Below are positions 50,940-63,890 of a stretch of 64,000 nucleotides of DNA, piece after piece (the first letter of the stretch is position 1; every line of letters starts with the position of its first letter). Made by a program: the position numbers and the translations under genes. The DNA lies in NCBI RefSeq assembly GCF_963921235.1, contig NC_086108.1, positions 39,496,001-39,560,000 on the forward strand, read 5' to 3'. The notes beneath the pieces are model-generated. The model searched no databases and had not been told where the DNA came from. It saw only the letters and a list, made by a program, of their open reading frames with translations. This DNA comes from Mobula hypostoma (taxonomy: Eukaryota).

Positions 50940-53370
50940 TATAAATTGGTAAATTGGTTTAGAATTGTCACATGTACCGAGATATATTTGTTTTGCATAC
51001 TGTGGTACAGATCATTTCATTGCAACAGTACACTGAAGTAGATAGACAACAAGGTGCAAGGTCACAATGAGGATCAAGAGTCCATCTTATCACACTATGG
51101 AAGAAATCAATGTAGTCTTCTAACAGTGGGTTAGAAGCTGTCCTTGAGCCTGGTGGTACATGCTTTGGGGCTTTTATAACTTCTGTCCGATGGGAGGGGG
51201 GGAGAAGAGAGAATGTCCTGGGCAGATGGGATCTTTGATTATGATGGCTGCTTTACTGGGGCAGCGAAAAATATGAACAGCTGTGTCCGTACTGAGCTAT
51301 ATAACTCGTTAGATTCTGGACTAGTTCCTGAGGATTGGAGGGTGGCTAATGTAACCCCACTTTTTAAAAAAGGAGGGAGAGAGAAACCGGGGAATTATAG
51401 ACCGGTTAGCCTAACGTCGGTGGTGGGGAAACTGCTGGAGTCAGTTATCAAGGATGTGATAACAGCACATTTGGAAAGCGGTGAAATGATCGGACAAAGT
51501 CAGCATGGATTTGTGAAAGGAAAATCATGTCTGACGAATCTCATAGAATTTTTTGAGGATGTAACTAGTCGAGTGGATAGGGGAGAACCAGTGGATGTGG
51601 TATATTTGGATTTTCAAAAGGCTTTTGACAAGGTCCCACACAGGAGATTAGTGTGCAAACTTAAAGCACACGGTATTGGGGGTAAGGTATTGGTGTGGGT
51701 GGAGAATTGGTTAGCAGACAGGAAGCAAAGAGTGAGAATAAACGGGACCTTTTCAGAATGGCAGGCGGTGACTAGTGGGGTACCGCAAGGCTCAGTGCTG
51801 GGACCCCAGTTGTTTACAATATATATTAATGACTTGGATGAGGGAATTAAATGCAACATCTCCAAGTTTGTGGATGACACAAAGCTGGGTGGCAGTGTTA
51901 GCAGTGAGGAGGATGCTAAGAGGATGCAGGGTGACTTGGATAGGTTGGGTGAGTGGGCAAATTCATGGCAGATGCAATTTAATGTGGATAAATGTGAAGT
52001 TATCCACTTTGGTGGCAAAAATAGGAAAACAGATTATTATCTGAATGGTGGCTGATTAGGAAAAGGGGAGGTGCAACGAGACCTGGGTGTCATTATACAC
52101 CAGTCATTGAAAGTGGGCATGCAGATACAGCAGGTGGTGAAAAAGGCGAATGGTATGCTGGCATTTATAGCGAGAGGATTCGAGTACAGGAGCAGGGAGG
52201 TACTACTGCAGTTGTACAAGGCCTTGGTGAGACCACACCTGGAGTATTGTGTGCAGTTTTGGTCCCCTAATCTGAGGAAAGACATCTTTGCCATAGAGGG
52301 AGTACAAAGAAGGTTCACCAGATTGATTCCTGGGATGGCAGGACTTTCATATGAAGAAAGACTGGATGAATTGGGCTTGTACTCGTTGGAATTTAGAAGA
52401 TTGAGGGGGGATCTGATTGAAACGTATAAGATCCTAAAGGGATTGGACAGGCTAGATGCAGGAAGATTGTTCCCGATGTTGGGGAAGTCCAGAACGAGGG
52501 GTCACAGTTTGAGGATAGAGGGGAAGCCTTTTAGGACCGAGATTAGGAAAAACTTCTTCACACAGAGAGTGGTGAATCTGTGGAATTCTCTGCCATAGGA
52601 AACTGTTGAGGCCAGTTCATTGGCTATATTTAAGAGGGAGTTAGATATGGCCCTTGTGGCTACGGGGGTCAGGGGGTATGGAGGGAAGGCTGGGGCGGGG
52701 TTCTGAGTTGGATGATCAGCCATGATCATAATAAATGGCGGTGCAGGCTCGAAGGGCCGAATGGCCTACTCCTGCACCTACTTTCTATGTTTCTATGTTT
52801 CTATATCCACAACTCCCTGGCTTTCTTGGGCCGAGCAGTTTCCACACTAAGCTAACAAGCACCTGGTTAGGATCCTTCCTATGGTTCAACAACAAAAAAT
52901 TGGCGAGGGTCAAATGAGACATGCCAAATTTCTTCGGTCTTCTGAGAAAGCAAAGTCACTGGTGAACTTTCTAGTTGTGCTGTCAACATAGTTGGATCAG
53001 GAGAGGCTATTGGTGATGTTCACTCCTAGAAACCTGAAACTCTAAACCTCTCGACCTCAGCACTGCTGTTGTAAATGGGAGCATATGCCCTGCCTCCTTT
53101 TCTGATGTCAATGACAAGCTGTTTTGCTGAGCTGACACTGAAGGAAAGGTTGTTCTCATGTCACTAGGCTCTCGATCTCCTTTCTGTACTCCAATTCATT
53201 ATTATTTGAGAAGTAGCCCACTACAGTGGTATCATCTACAGAGTTGTTGATGGAGTTAGAGCAAGATATGCCCACATAGTCATGAGTGTACAGACAGTAG
53301 AATAGAGGGCTGAGGAAGCAGCCTTATGGGACACCGGCAATGAGAATAATTGAGATGGAGCTGTTGCTGA
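50940..53370 (-). mobile_element. Rex1/Babar-like LINE remnant, split by the CR1 at 51299-52805
   Basis: Similar to the 61680-62880 element (agaagctgtccttgagcctggtggtac; ctacagtggtatcatctacagag = degenerate RT DD motif on the minus strand). Confidence 0.6.
51299..52805 (+). mobile_element. Young 5'-truncated CR1 LINE; RT domain intact apart from two in-frame stops
   Basis: PEDWRVANVTPLFKKG...NYRPVSLTS, YLDFQKAFDKVPH, GVPQGSVLGP, KFVDDTKL. Stops at 52053-55 and 52596-98. (TTTCTATG)n tail. Confidence 0.96.
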
Positions 53371-53474
53371 ATAAATGCTTGTTGATTATGGCAATGTTTT
53401 GTCTTATTGTTTTCTTATTCATTCATAGGAGACAAGATTGATGGGTAAGGCTAGCATTTACCATCTCTCCCTAG

Positions 53475-55050
53475 CAGCATACACAAAATGCTGAGGAACA
53501 CAGCAGGTCAGGCAGCAGCTATGGAGGGAAATGAACTGTCAACATTTTGACCGAAACCCTTTTTTCAGGATTGGAAAGAAATAGGGTGGAAGGCAGAATA
53601 AAGTGGGGGAGGAGCACAAGCTAGCAGGTGATAAGTGAATCCAGGAGAAGGTGGAAGGGAAAATAAGGCGGAGGGTCCAACTCGGAAGAAGAGGAGGCAA
53701 TGGAAAGATATATCAGTGTGGGAATGGGAGGTAGAAGAAAATGGCTGGCCACAAAGGGATCCTGGCTGCAACAACGGATGGAGTGAAAATACATGTAAAA
53801 TTAATCCACATTGGATCTCACTGATGTAGAGGAAGCTGCATTGGGAGTCCCGTATACAATGAATGACCCCAATGGGTTCAGATGTGAAGTGCTCCCTCAT
53901 CTGGAAGGAGGGTTTAGGATCCTGATAGGTGGTGAGGGAGGAGGTGTAGAGGCAACTGTAACACTTGCAGGTATAAGTGCCTGGTGGGGGGGGGGGTTGA
54001 CTGATGGGGAGAGATGAGCAAACAAAGGAGTTACAGAGGGCATGATCGCTGCAGAAACTTGAAAGTAGAGAGAAAGGAAGGTTTACCTGGTGGTGGAATC
54101 CTGTTGATGATGGGAGATGTTGTGGAGAATGATGTGTTGTATGTGAAGGCTCGTAGAGAGGCAGGTGAGGACAAGGAGAAACTGATCCTTGTTATGTTGG
54201 GAGTGGGGATGGGATGAAGCAAGATGCATGGGAAATAGAGAAGATGTGGATAAAGGCTGTATTGAAAGCAGTGGAGAGAAAACCTTGTTTTCTGAGGATA
54301 TCTTGGATGTCCTGGAATGGAAAGCCTCATCATGAGAATATAGGCAGCAGAGATGGTGGAACGGAGAGAAGGAACTAGAATCCTTGCAAACGACAGGGTG
54401 GGAAGAGCTACAGTCAAGGTAACTGTGGGAGTCAATCAGTTTGTAAAAGATACTGGTAGATAATCTGCCACCAGAGATTGCAACACAGATCAAGGAAGGA
54501 GAGAGGAATACTGGAGATTGATAAAGAGAATTTAAGGGAGGGGTTTCCCTTATCCCACTGGCCATTTTACCCCATCTCCATCTACTCCCTTACCCTCAAA
54601 TGTGACAACACCTATATCTTACTTCCTTTGGTCCACACCTCTTTTCCTTCATTCCATGGTGCACTTTCCTTTCCAATCAGATTCTTTCATCTTCAGCCCT
54701 CAGCCTTTTCCACCTATCACTTCCCAGCTTCTCACATCATTCCATTCCCCCCACCCCCAGCTCCGCCATCTTCCTACTTTTCCCCTCTCACATGGATTCC
54801 CCCATTACCTGCCAGTTTGTGTTCCTCCCTTTCTCCTACAACCACCCCGCCCCCCTTTTATTCTGGAACTCTACCACTGTTAAGATGACAGGAAGATGGG
54901 GTGAGTACAATGTTCATGAAAGGGAGGAGATGTGGGTGAGGGCAGTATTAATGCTGGAGATAGGGACACCTCATTCTTTGAAGAAGGAGGATATGTCTGA
55001 TGTCCTGGAAAGGAATGGAAAGAAAAGGAAATCATGGCAATGGATCAGGA
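53475..55050 (-). mobile_element. Degraded, rearranged Penelope-like element (with a + strand segment at ~54540-54860)
   Basis: Terminal repeat at 53475-53570; HFTSEPIGVIHCIR..LYISE (GIY-YIG remnant); YKLIDSHSYLD...SHDEAFHSRT. Confidence 0.8.
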
Positions 55051-55578
55051 ATCACTTAGAAGTCAGACGAGGTAATGTTCTAAAAGGGATAGGTGAACCA
55101 AATCAGCTCATATGACGTTCTAGTGGTTTCATGCTTACCATTAGTGGTAACAGCTTTCTTCAATTAAATTTCAGAATTATTTAATTAGCAGAATTTAAAT
55201 CCCCTGTCTTCCGTGGTGGGAATTGAGCTTATCTTCTGATGTTTAGTGTGGGCCTCTGAGTTACTCATTTCATAATGTAATCACTGTTAATGGACTGTGT
55301 GTAAATATATAAATAAATATGCTTATCATGCTGTGATGTGGGAAAACACATGGGAAGTCTTACAAGAGCAAATCAATTAAAATTGGCATTAAGCAAAATT
55401 ATTACAAATGAATAAAGACTGGATCGAAAATAAAGACGATTTCAGGTTGTATTTCAAAATGGATTTCATCTTTCCCTTTAAATCTGATTTGCAAACTGCT
55501 TCATTTTAATGACTGCAGTTCATGCTTCACCTCCTCCTACCCTGGCATGACTTCTAACAAGTCCCTTCTATTTTCTAC

Positions 55579-55763
55579 CCTTAAGCCAATTTCTTTTCCT
55601 CTGCCAAATCTCACTCTGAATCTCCATAAATGTGAGCTTAACTAGTTGCCTTTCATGCGGAACTGTGTCAGTTGCTTTTTTAGCACTTTCTTCAGCTCTT
55701 TTACAAAGCCATGAGTCCAGAAGAACCTTCTTCTGCTCAGCATGTCTGATTCTGAATTGAACC
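55579..55763 (-). CDS. Putative coding exon (VQFRIRHAEQKKVLLDSWLCKRAEESAKKATDTVPHERQLVKLTFMEIQSEIWQRKRNWLK), phase 2/1
   Basis: Acceptor tagcttcag|, donor AAGG|GTAGAA. In-frame join with the 61099-61316 exon (AA+G = Lys). Confidence 0.55.
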
Positions 55764-55879
55764 CTGAAGCTATCTAAAATTCCATTTGAAGGAATGGGCA
55801 ATAAATGTTGCCCTTACTGAAGATATCAAAAAGGAAGATAAATCCTATTTTTTTCTTTAAAAGTGCAGATACGTATATG

Positions 55880-56215
55880 TAAACCTGCCGCAAGAAAGCA
55901 GCATCCATCATCAAGGAGCATCCAGATCAGGCTCTCTTCTCACTGCTGGCATCAGGAAGGAGGTACAGGAGTCTCAGGTCCCACACCACCAGGTTAAGGA
56001 ACAGTTCAACCATCAGGCTACTGAAGCAGAGTAGATAACTTCACTCACTTCAAATCGGAACTAATTCCACAACCTATGGAATCTACAACTCATGTTCTCA
56101 GTATTATTTATTTTCTTATGTATTATTATTATATTTGTGCAGATTGTCATTTTGCATGTTGCTTGCTTATCAGGCTTTGTATGTTGTTTTTCATTGATTC
56201 TATTGTTTTGCTTTT
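55880..56215 (+). mobile_element. Rex1/Babar-like LINE 3' fragment
   Basis: Encodes KAASIIK..ALFSLLASGRRYRSLRSHTTRLRNS, a typical C-terminus of this clade. Confidence 0.7.
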
Positions 56216-56217
56216 TT

Positions 56218-59200
56218 AAGACCGCAAGACATAGGAACAGAATTAGTCAATGAGTCTGCTCCACAAGTCCATCATGGCTGATTTATTATCCCTCTCGACC
56301 CTATTCTCCTGCCGTCTCCCCATAACCTTTGATGCCCTGACTAATCAAGCTCCTATTAACCTCTGCTTTAAATATACTCAATGACTTGGCCTCCACAGCC
56401 TCCTGTGGCAATAAATTCCACAGATTCACTACCATCTGGCTAAATAAACTCCTCTTCATCTCTGTTCTAAATTAAAGTCCCTGTATTCTGAGGCTGTGCC
56501 CTCTGCTCCCAGACTCACCCACCATAGGAAACATCTTTGCCATATCCACTCTATTTTGGGCTTTCAATATTTGATATGTTACAATAAGACTCCTACTCAC
56601 TCTTGTAAACTCCAACAAGTACACATCCAGAGCTCCTCATACATTAAACTTTTCATTCCTGGAATCATTCTCGTGAACCTCCTCTAGACTTTCTCCTATG
56701 CCAACACGGCTTTTCTTTGGTAAAGGGCCCAAAACTGCTCACAATACTCCAGGTACTGTTTGAACAATGCCTAATAAAGCCTCAGCATCACATCCTTCCT
56801 CTTATATGCTAGTCCTCTGAAAAGGAATAGACAATAGGTGCAGGAGTAGGCCAATTCAGCCCTTCGAGTCAGCACCACCATTCACTGTGATCATGGCTGA
56901 TCATCCACAATCAGTACCCTTTTCCTGCCTTCTCCCCATATCCCTTCACTCCGCTATCTTTGAGAGCTCTATCTAACTTTTTTTGAAAGAATCCAGAGAA
57001 TTGGCCTCCACTGCCTTCTGAGGCACAGCATTCCACAGATCCACAACCGTCTGTGTGAAAAAGTTTTTCCTCAACTCTGTTCTAAATTGTCTACCCCTTA
57101 TTCTTAAACTGTGGTCTCTGGTTCTGGACTCCCCCAACATCAGGAACATGTTTCCTGCCTCTAGCGTGTCCAGTCCCTCAATAATCTTATATGTTTCAAT
57201 CAGATCCCCTCTCATCCTTCTAAATTCCAGTGTGTACAACCCCAGTCGCTCCAATCTTTCAACGTATGACAGTCCCGCCATCCCGGGAATTAACCTCGTG
57301 AACCTACGCTGTACTCCCTCAATAGCTAGAATGTCCTTCCTCAAATTTGGAGACCAAAACTGTACACAATATTCCAGGTCTCACCAGGGCCCTGTACAAC
57401 TGCAGAAGGACCTCTTTGCTCCTATGCTCAATTCCCCTTGTTATGAAGGCCAGCATGCCATTAGCTTTCTTCACTGCCTGCTGTACCTGCATGCTTCCTT
57501 TCGGTGACTGATGAACAAGGACACCTAGATCTCGTTGTACTTCCCCTTTTCCTAATTTGACTCCATTCAGATAGTAATCTACCTTCCTGTTCTTGCCACC
57601 AAAGTGGATAACCTCACATTTATCCACATTAAACTACATCTGCCATTCATGGGCTCACTCACCCAATCTGTCCAAGTCACCCTGCATTCTCATAACATCC
57701 TCCTCACATTTCGTGTTGCCACCCAGCTTTGTGTCATCTGCAAATTTGCTAATGTTACTTTTAATCCCTTCATCTAAATCATTAATGTATATTGTAAATA
57801 GCTGCGGTCCCAGCACCGAGCCTTGCGGTACCCCACTAGTCACTGCCTGCCATTCTGAAAAGGACCCATTAATCTCTACTCTTTGTTTCCCGTCTGCCAA
57901 CCAATTTTCTATCCATATCAGTACTCTACCCCCAATACCATTTGCTCTAATTTTGCACACTAACCTCCTATGTGGGATCTTATCAAAGGCTTTCTGAAAG
58001 TCCAGGTACACTACATCCACTGGCTTTCCCATGGCCATTTTCATAGTTACATTCTCAAAAAATTCTAGAAGATTAGTCATGCATGATTTTCCCTTTGTAA
58101 ATACATGCTGACTGGGACCTATCCTGCCACTGCTTTCCAAATATGCCGCTATTACATCTTTTATAATTGATTCCAGCATCTAACATTGTATTTGCCTTCC
58201 TTACTAATGATCCAACCCTGCAAGTTAACCTGCAGGGAATCCTGCACAAGGACTTCCAAGTCCCTCTGCACCTTTGATCTTTTCAATTTTCTCTCCATTT
58301 AAAAAATAGTCTACGCTTTTATTATTTCAACCAAAGTACATGAGCATACACTTCCCTACACTGTATTCCATCTGCAACTTCTTTGCCCATTCTCCCAATC
58401 TGTCTAAGTCCTTCTGCAGACTCCCCACTTCCTCAACACTACCTGCTCTGCCACCTATTGGTATATCTTCTGAAAACTTGGCCACAAAGCCATCAATTCC
58501 AAATTGTTGGCATATAACGTGAAAAGAAGCTGTCCCAATACTGACCTATGCAGAACACTACTAGGCATCATCAGCCAACAAGGGTAGGCTCCCTTTATTC
58601 CCACACTTTGCCTCCTGCCAGTCAGCCAAACTTCTATCCACGCTAGTATCTTTCCTGTAATACCACGGGTTCTTATCTTGTTAAGCAGCCTCATGCGCAG
58701 CACCTTGTTAATGGCCTTCATAAGGCCAAATAAACAGGCTCCACTGAATCTCCTTTGTTTGTCCTGCCTGTTATTTTGTCAAAGAATTTCAACAGATTTG
58801 TCAGGCAAGGATTTCCCTCGAGGAAACCATGCTGACTCTGGCTCATTTTATCATGTGCCTCCAAGTACCCCAAAAACTCATTCTTAATCATGGATTCCAA
58901 CATCTTCCCAAACACTTAAGTCAGGCTTATTGGCCTATAATTTCCTTTCTTCTGCCTCCCTCCATTCTTAAAGAGTGGGGTGATATTTGCAATTTTCCAG
59001 TCCTCCAGAACCATTTTAGAATCTAGTGATTCTTGAAAGATCATTACTCATGCCTCACAATCTCCTTAGCTATCTCTTTCAGAATCCTGGAGTGTAGTCC
59101 ATCTGGTCCAGGTAAATTATATACCTTCAGATCCTTCAGCCTCCCAAGCACTTCCTCCTTAGTAATAGCAACTTCACTATCTTCTACCACCACCCCCCGA

Positions 59201-61050
59201 CACACTTGAATGTCAGTAAAGACTGACATAAAAATACTTATTAAATTTGTCAGCTGTTTCTTTGTCCCACAGTACTAGCTCTCCAGCATCCTTTACCAGC
59301 AGGTCAATATTCACTTTCAGCTCTCTTTTACTCTGAGTATATCTAAAAAATCTTTTAATTATTTTTATACTATTGGCTAGCTTACCTTCATATTTCATCT
59401 TTTCTCTCCTTATGACTTCTTTGGTTGTCTTCTCTAACTTCCTAACGTTTTGCTATATTATATACTCTCTCTTTTGTTTTTATACTGTCTTTTACTTCCC
59501 TTGTCAACCACTGTTGCCTCATCCTCCTTTTAGAATACTTCTCCATCTTTGATATGTATCTATCCTGCACTTTCTGAATTGCCCCAGAAAATCCAGCCAC
59601 TGCTGTTCTGTCATCATCTCTGATCATGTTTTCCTCCAATCAGCTTTAGCCAGATCTTCTCTCATACCTCTGTGATTCCCTTTACTCCACAGTAATACTG
59701 AGACATCTGATTTTATCTTCTCCCTCTCAAACTGCTGGGTGAATTCTGTCATATTGTGATCACTGACTCCTTGGTGTTCCTTTATCTCCAACTCCTGAGT
59801 CAAATATGTTTCATTACACAACACCCAAAATTTCCTTTTCATAGTGGGGTCAAGCACAAACTGCTCTAAAAAGCCAGCCCTTAGCATTCTACAGATTCCC
59901 TCTCTTCGGATCCAACTGATCTTCCCAATGTACCTGCATTTTGAAATTCCCCAAGCCTATTGTAACATTGCTCTTTTCTATCTCCTGTTGTAATTTATAT
60001 CCCACATACTAGCTACTGCTCAGGGCCTGTATATAACTTCTATCAGTGTCTTTATCCTTCCTTTTTCTTAATCCTACTGACACTGATTCTACATCTTCCG
60101 ATTCTATGTCACCTCTTTGTAAGGATTTATTTCATTTTTTACCAACAGCTACCCCATCCCCTCTGCCTACCTGCCTGTCCTTTTGATATAAGATTTATCC
60201 TTGTAGCTTGTATCCATAGTTGGATGTTAAGCTCCCAACCATGATCGTCTTTCCGTCTCAACTCAGTGATGCTCACAACGTCATACCTGCCAATCTCTAA
60301 CTGCAGTACAAGGTCGTCTACCTTATACCAGACACTGCATACGTTGAAATATAACACCTGCATTCAAATATAAGTCCTGTATTCATCACCTTTTTCGATT
60401 TAGCCTCCATTTTACACTTCAACTCATCCGAATCACTGTATTTTACATTATATTCTGCCTGTCCTTCCACACAACCTCAGTACACCATGCATCAACTTGT
60501 ATACCAACTGCTCCATACTCAGCCTGATCTATCCACTTCCATCCCCCTGCTAAATTAGTTTAAACCTCCCTAGCAGTTCTAGAAAACCTTCCTGCAAGGA
60601 TATTGGATCCCCTCAGGTTCCGGTGTAACCCGTCCTTTTTGTACAGGTCATAGCTTCCCCAGAAGAGTTCGCATTGATTTGGAAATCTGGAACCCTGCCC
60701 CCTGCAACACTTCCTCAGCCTCTCGTCCTATTCCTGCCCTGACTAGCTTGTGGTTCTGGAAGTAATTCAGAGATTACTACCTTGGAGGTCCTGCTCCTTA
60801 GCCTCTTCCCTAACTGCCTATAATCACAGTACAGGACCTCTTTCCCCCCTCCTTTTCACCCATGTGTACCATGATCTCAGGCTCCTTTCCCTCCCCTTTG
60901 AGAATCTTATGCAGCCTCTCTGAGACATCCCAGACCATATTACCTGGGAGGCAACACCACATTGTGCTTCTCTGTCTTGGCCACAGAATCTCCTCTCCGC
61001 ACCCCCCCCCCGAACTAGCAAGTATCCCATCACGATCGCCATTTTGAATG
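56218..61050 (-). mobile_element. Near full-length degenerate CR1 LINE (ORF1 esterase-like part, APE endonuclease, RT, tail), interrupted at 56828-58180
   Basis: ORF1 CCLPG...DVSERLHKILKGEG; APE N-terminus VLYFNVCSV..KVDDL...YDVVSITE; PGPDGLHSRILKE; SQHGF..CLTNLL. Many frameshifts. Confidence 0.9.
56828..58180 (-). mobile_element. Younger CR1 LINE nested in the older CR1
   Basis: Own tail agacaataggtgcaggag; YLDFQKAFDKIPH, GVPQGSVLGP, KFADDTKL. Host sequence resumes at 58181 (taacattgtatttgcc). Confidence 0.92.
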
Positions 61051-61098
61051 TTTGCAGGGAAATCAGTCTCAGGATAGTATATGGTGACATATACGTAC

Positions 61099-61316
61099 TT
61101 CGATAAGAAACTTAGAAAATTGAACTCTTGGTCAAAACATAGAATAAATTCAAGTGCTTTCCGCAAAACGGAAATGCAATGAACACGCATGAAGTGTTCA
61201 TCAACCCGCTTAAAAAAACCCACCATGTTAACTTGTTTCCACTCCACTGAGAGCTCCCCAGCATCCAGCAGCTTACTCAAATCCATCGCAGATGCTTCAC
61301 AAATCTCTCGATAGCA
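61099..61316 (-). CDS. Putative coding exon (CYREICEASAMDLSKLLDAGELSVEWKQVNMVGFFKRVDEHFMRVHCISVLRKALEFILCFDQEFNFLSFLS), phase 0/2
   Basis: 218 nt open, donor GAA|GTACGT. The acceptor is the first AG after a CTAAC branch-point-like motif. Confidence 0.55.
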
Positions 61317-61477
61317 CTTTTTTGACACACACATAAAATTCATTGCAGTTAGTTCATAAAGAATGTCATCAACAACGTATTATCATCTTCATTAGCAATA
61401 CGGATTTTCTTAGCATTCATTGAATTGTAAATTTGGGATTAAAGGAATAAGGAACAAGCACAGCAGAATTTCCGTAC

Positions 61478-61509
61478 CTGCTGCCCAGATATCAATATAA
61501 ATCTTTGTT
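61478..61509 (-). CDS. Possible 32-nt micro-exon (xQRFILISGQQ), phase 1/0
   Basis: Acceptor tgttgttttatgatcatttag|, donor CAG|GTACGG; phase fits the 61316 exon. Confidence 0.35.
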
Positions 61510-61679
61510 CTAAATGATCATAAAACAACACCATCTAATAAATAATGTGTGCAGAGTAATCGCTCCCTATTGTGTCTTGAGGAGAAATCTATAAACCATC
61601 GAGGTGATGAGGAGAAGTGATCAAGCGTCTTCCACAGCTAAATGTCCTTGAATGCAGTAACTTGCACCTTAACAATCTT

Positions 61680-62880
61680 TATCAGAATCAAAACAGGTTT
61701 AATATCATTGGCATATGCCATAAAATATGTTGTTTTGTGGCAGCAGTATCTTGCAATACCTGATTTTGAAATATAAATTACAATAAGAAATATATATTAT
61801 ATATAGATACTGTATAAAATTTAATCAGTGGTGCAAAAAGAGATTTTTTAAAAATGAGGTAGTGTATACGAGTTCACTGTACATTCAGATTATCTGCTGG
61901 CCATGGGAAGAAGCTGTTCCTTAAAAATTTAGTTTGTGGCTTCAGGCTCCTGTACCAAGTGGTAGCAATGAGAAGAGGGTATATCCTGTGTGATGCGGTG
62001 CTTAATACTGGATGCTGCCTTTTTGAGGTATCGTATTTTGAAGATGTCCTCAGTGCTGGGGAGGCTAATGGCCATGATGGAGTTGGCTGAGTTTGCAACT
62101 TGCTGCAGTTTTCTCCAATCCTGTTCAATGGCCCCTTCGTACCAGATGGTGATGCAACCAGTTTGCCATGGTACATCTGTAGAAATTTTCAAGAGTCTTT
62201 GATGACATACCCTAGGTCTCTCCAAACTCCTAATGAGGTAACTTCTTTGTAATTGCATCAATATATTGGGCCCAGGATATTTCCAGAGATATGGACACAG
62301 GAGCTTGAAAATGCTCACTGTTTCCACTGCTGATCCCTCAATGAGGGCGGGGTTGTGTTCCCTTGATTTCCACTTCCTGAAACCCACAATCAGTTTGTTG
62401 GACTCACTGATACTGAGTAAAAGGTAGCTGTTTCCACACCACTGAACCAGCTGATCTATCTCACTCTTGTACGCCTTCTTGTCACCATTTGAAATTCTGC
62501 CAACAATAGCTCTGTCATTTACAAATTTGTGAATGGTGTTTCAGCACTGCCTAGCCACACAGTCGTGGTTGCAAAGAGGGTAAACAATGTGCTAAGCTCA
62601 CATCCTGAGGTGCACCAAGCGTTGTCAATGAGGAGGAGATATTATGGCTGATCCGTACCGACAGTGGCTCCCAGTGAGGAAGACAAAGATCCTGTTGCAG
62701 AAGGAGGTATATAGGCCCAGATTTTGGAGTTTGTTGATTAGTACTGAGGGTATGATGGTGTTTAACACTGACCTTTAATCAAGAAACAGAAGTCTGACAT
62801 AAGTATTTCTGTTCTCCAGGTGATCCAGAGCCAAGTGCAGAGCCAATGAGACTGTGTATGCTAGAGACCTATTGTGGCAA
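61680..62880 (-). mobile_element. Rex1/Babar-like LINE, 5'-truncated, degenerate
   Basis: (GATTCT)-type tail at 61680; LKKAASSIK, YRSLKPQTKFLRNSFFP; RT remnant FNTIIPSVLINKLQNLGL. Confidence 0.8.
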
Positions 62881-63161
62881 TGGGAACCTCTAACAGCAGC
62901 AGTGAGAGATTAAAGATATCCTTAAACACTCATACCAGTTGGGTGGCACTGGTTTTCAGTGCCCTACCAGGGCCTGATGCCTTTAACATAATAAAATATT
63001 TTAAGCTGTTTCTGGGAAAGTTATAAACCTAAATTTGTTAGAGAGTCACACATGATGAGCTAAATGGTATGGAATGTTAGGCAACATTTATTTATGGAGG
63101 GGTGAAGACAAGATAGATAATGGTGAAGAAATTTAGAAAGGGAATTGCAGAGTTAGATCTT

Positions 63162-63458
63162 TTTTTTGGCGTGTGCCTGTGTGCGTGCGAGTCTTGCGTG
63201 TGTGTGCGTCTGCATGTCCATGCGTGCGTCCATGCGTGCATTCGTGATGATGTCTTTTTCATGACTTTTTTTTACAAGGCGCGGAGTGAGAGAGAGAGAG
63301 ACTGTGTGACACGCCACTCCTCACACAGACACTTTTACAGTATTTTCCTTTTATTTTACAAGGTTCAGTTGCGATCTGGACGCTCAACCCAGCACAGATG
63401 GAAAGCATACTTGGGAGCGGACCCGACTCTGATGTCGTTGCGCCTCCAGCCAGCCCAA
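63162..63458 (-). mobile_element. SINE-like retroposon with poly(A) tail and 14-bp TSD
   Basis: TSD CAGAGTTAGATCTT at 63148-63161 and 63459-63472; T-run (minus-strand polyA) preceded by CA/CG-rich simple repeats. Confidence 0.8.
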
Positions 63459-63504
63459 CAGAGTTAGATCTTGATAGCTGAAAACAAGTCCCCCTATTGT
63501 GGAT

Positions 63505-63890
63505 ATATACACTCAATGGCCACTTTATTAAGTACACCAATCAGCCAATCATATGGCAGCAACTCAATGCATAAAAGCATGTCAACATGGTCAAGAGGTT
63601 CAGTTGTCATTCAGAAGGGGTATTTGAATATCTCAGAAACTGAGTTTACAGAGAATGGTGCAAGAAACAAAAAAATATTCTGTCGTCAATGACCTTATTA
63701 ATGAGGGAAGTCAGGGGAAAAAGGCCAAACCATTTCAAGCTTACCTCAGATAACCACAGGTCACAACAGTAATGTATAGAAGAGCATTGCTGAGCCTGAA
63801 CACACAATACTGTACATTGAATCTTGAAATGGATGGGCTACAGCAGCAGAAGACTATACATTCAGTGGCCGCAGTTTTAGGTACAAGAGG
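63505..63890 (+). mobile_element. Tc1/mariner transposon remnant
   Basis: TA followed by the TIR-like cactcaatggccactttattaagtacacc; transposase remnant LKWMGYSSRR. Confidence 0.7.

Noticed and set aside
51213..52598. Functional reverse transcriptase gene
   Set aside because: 5'-truncated CR1 with two in-frame stops; the ORF's N-terminus comes from unrelated flanking repeat.
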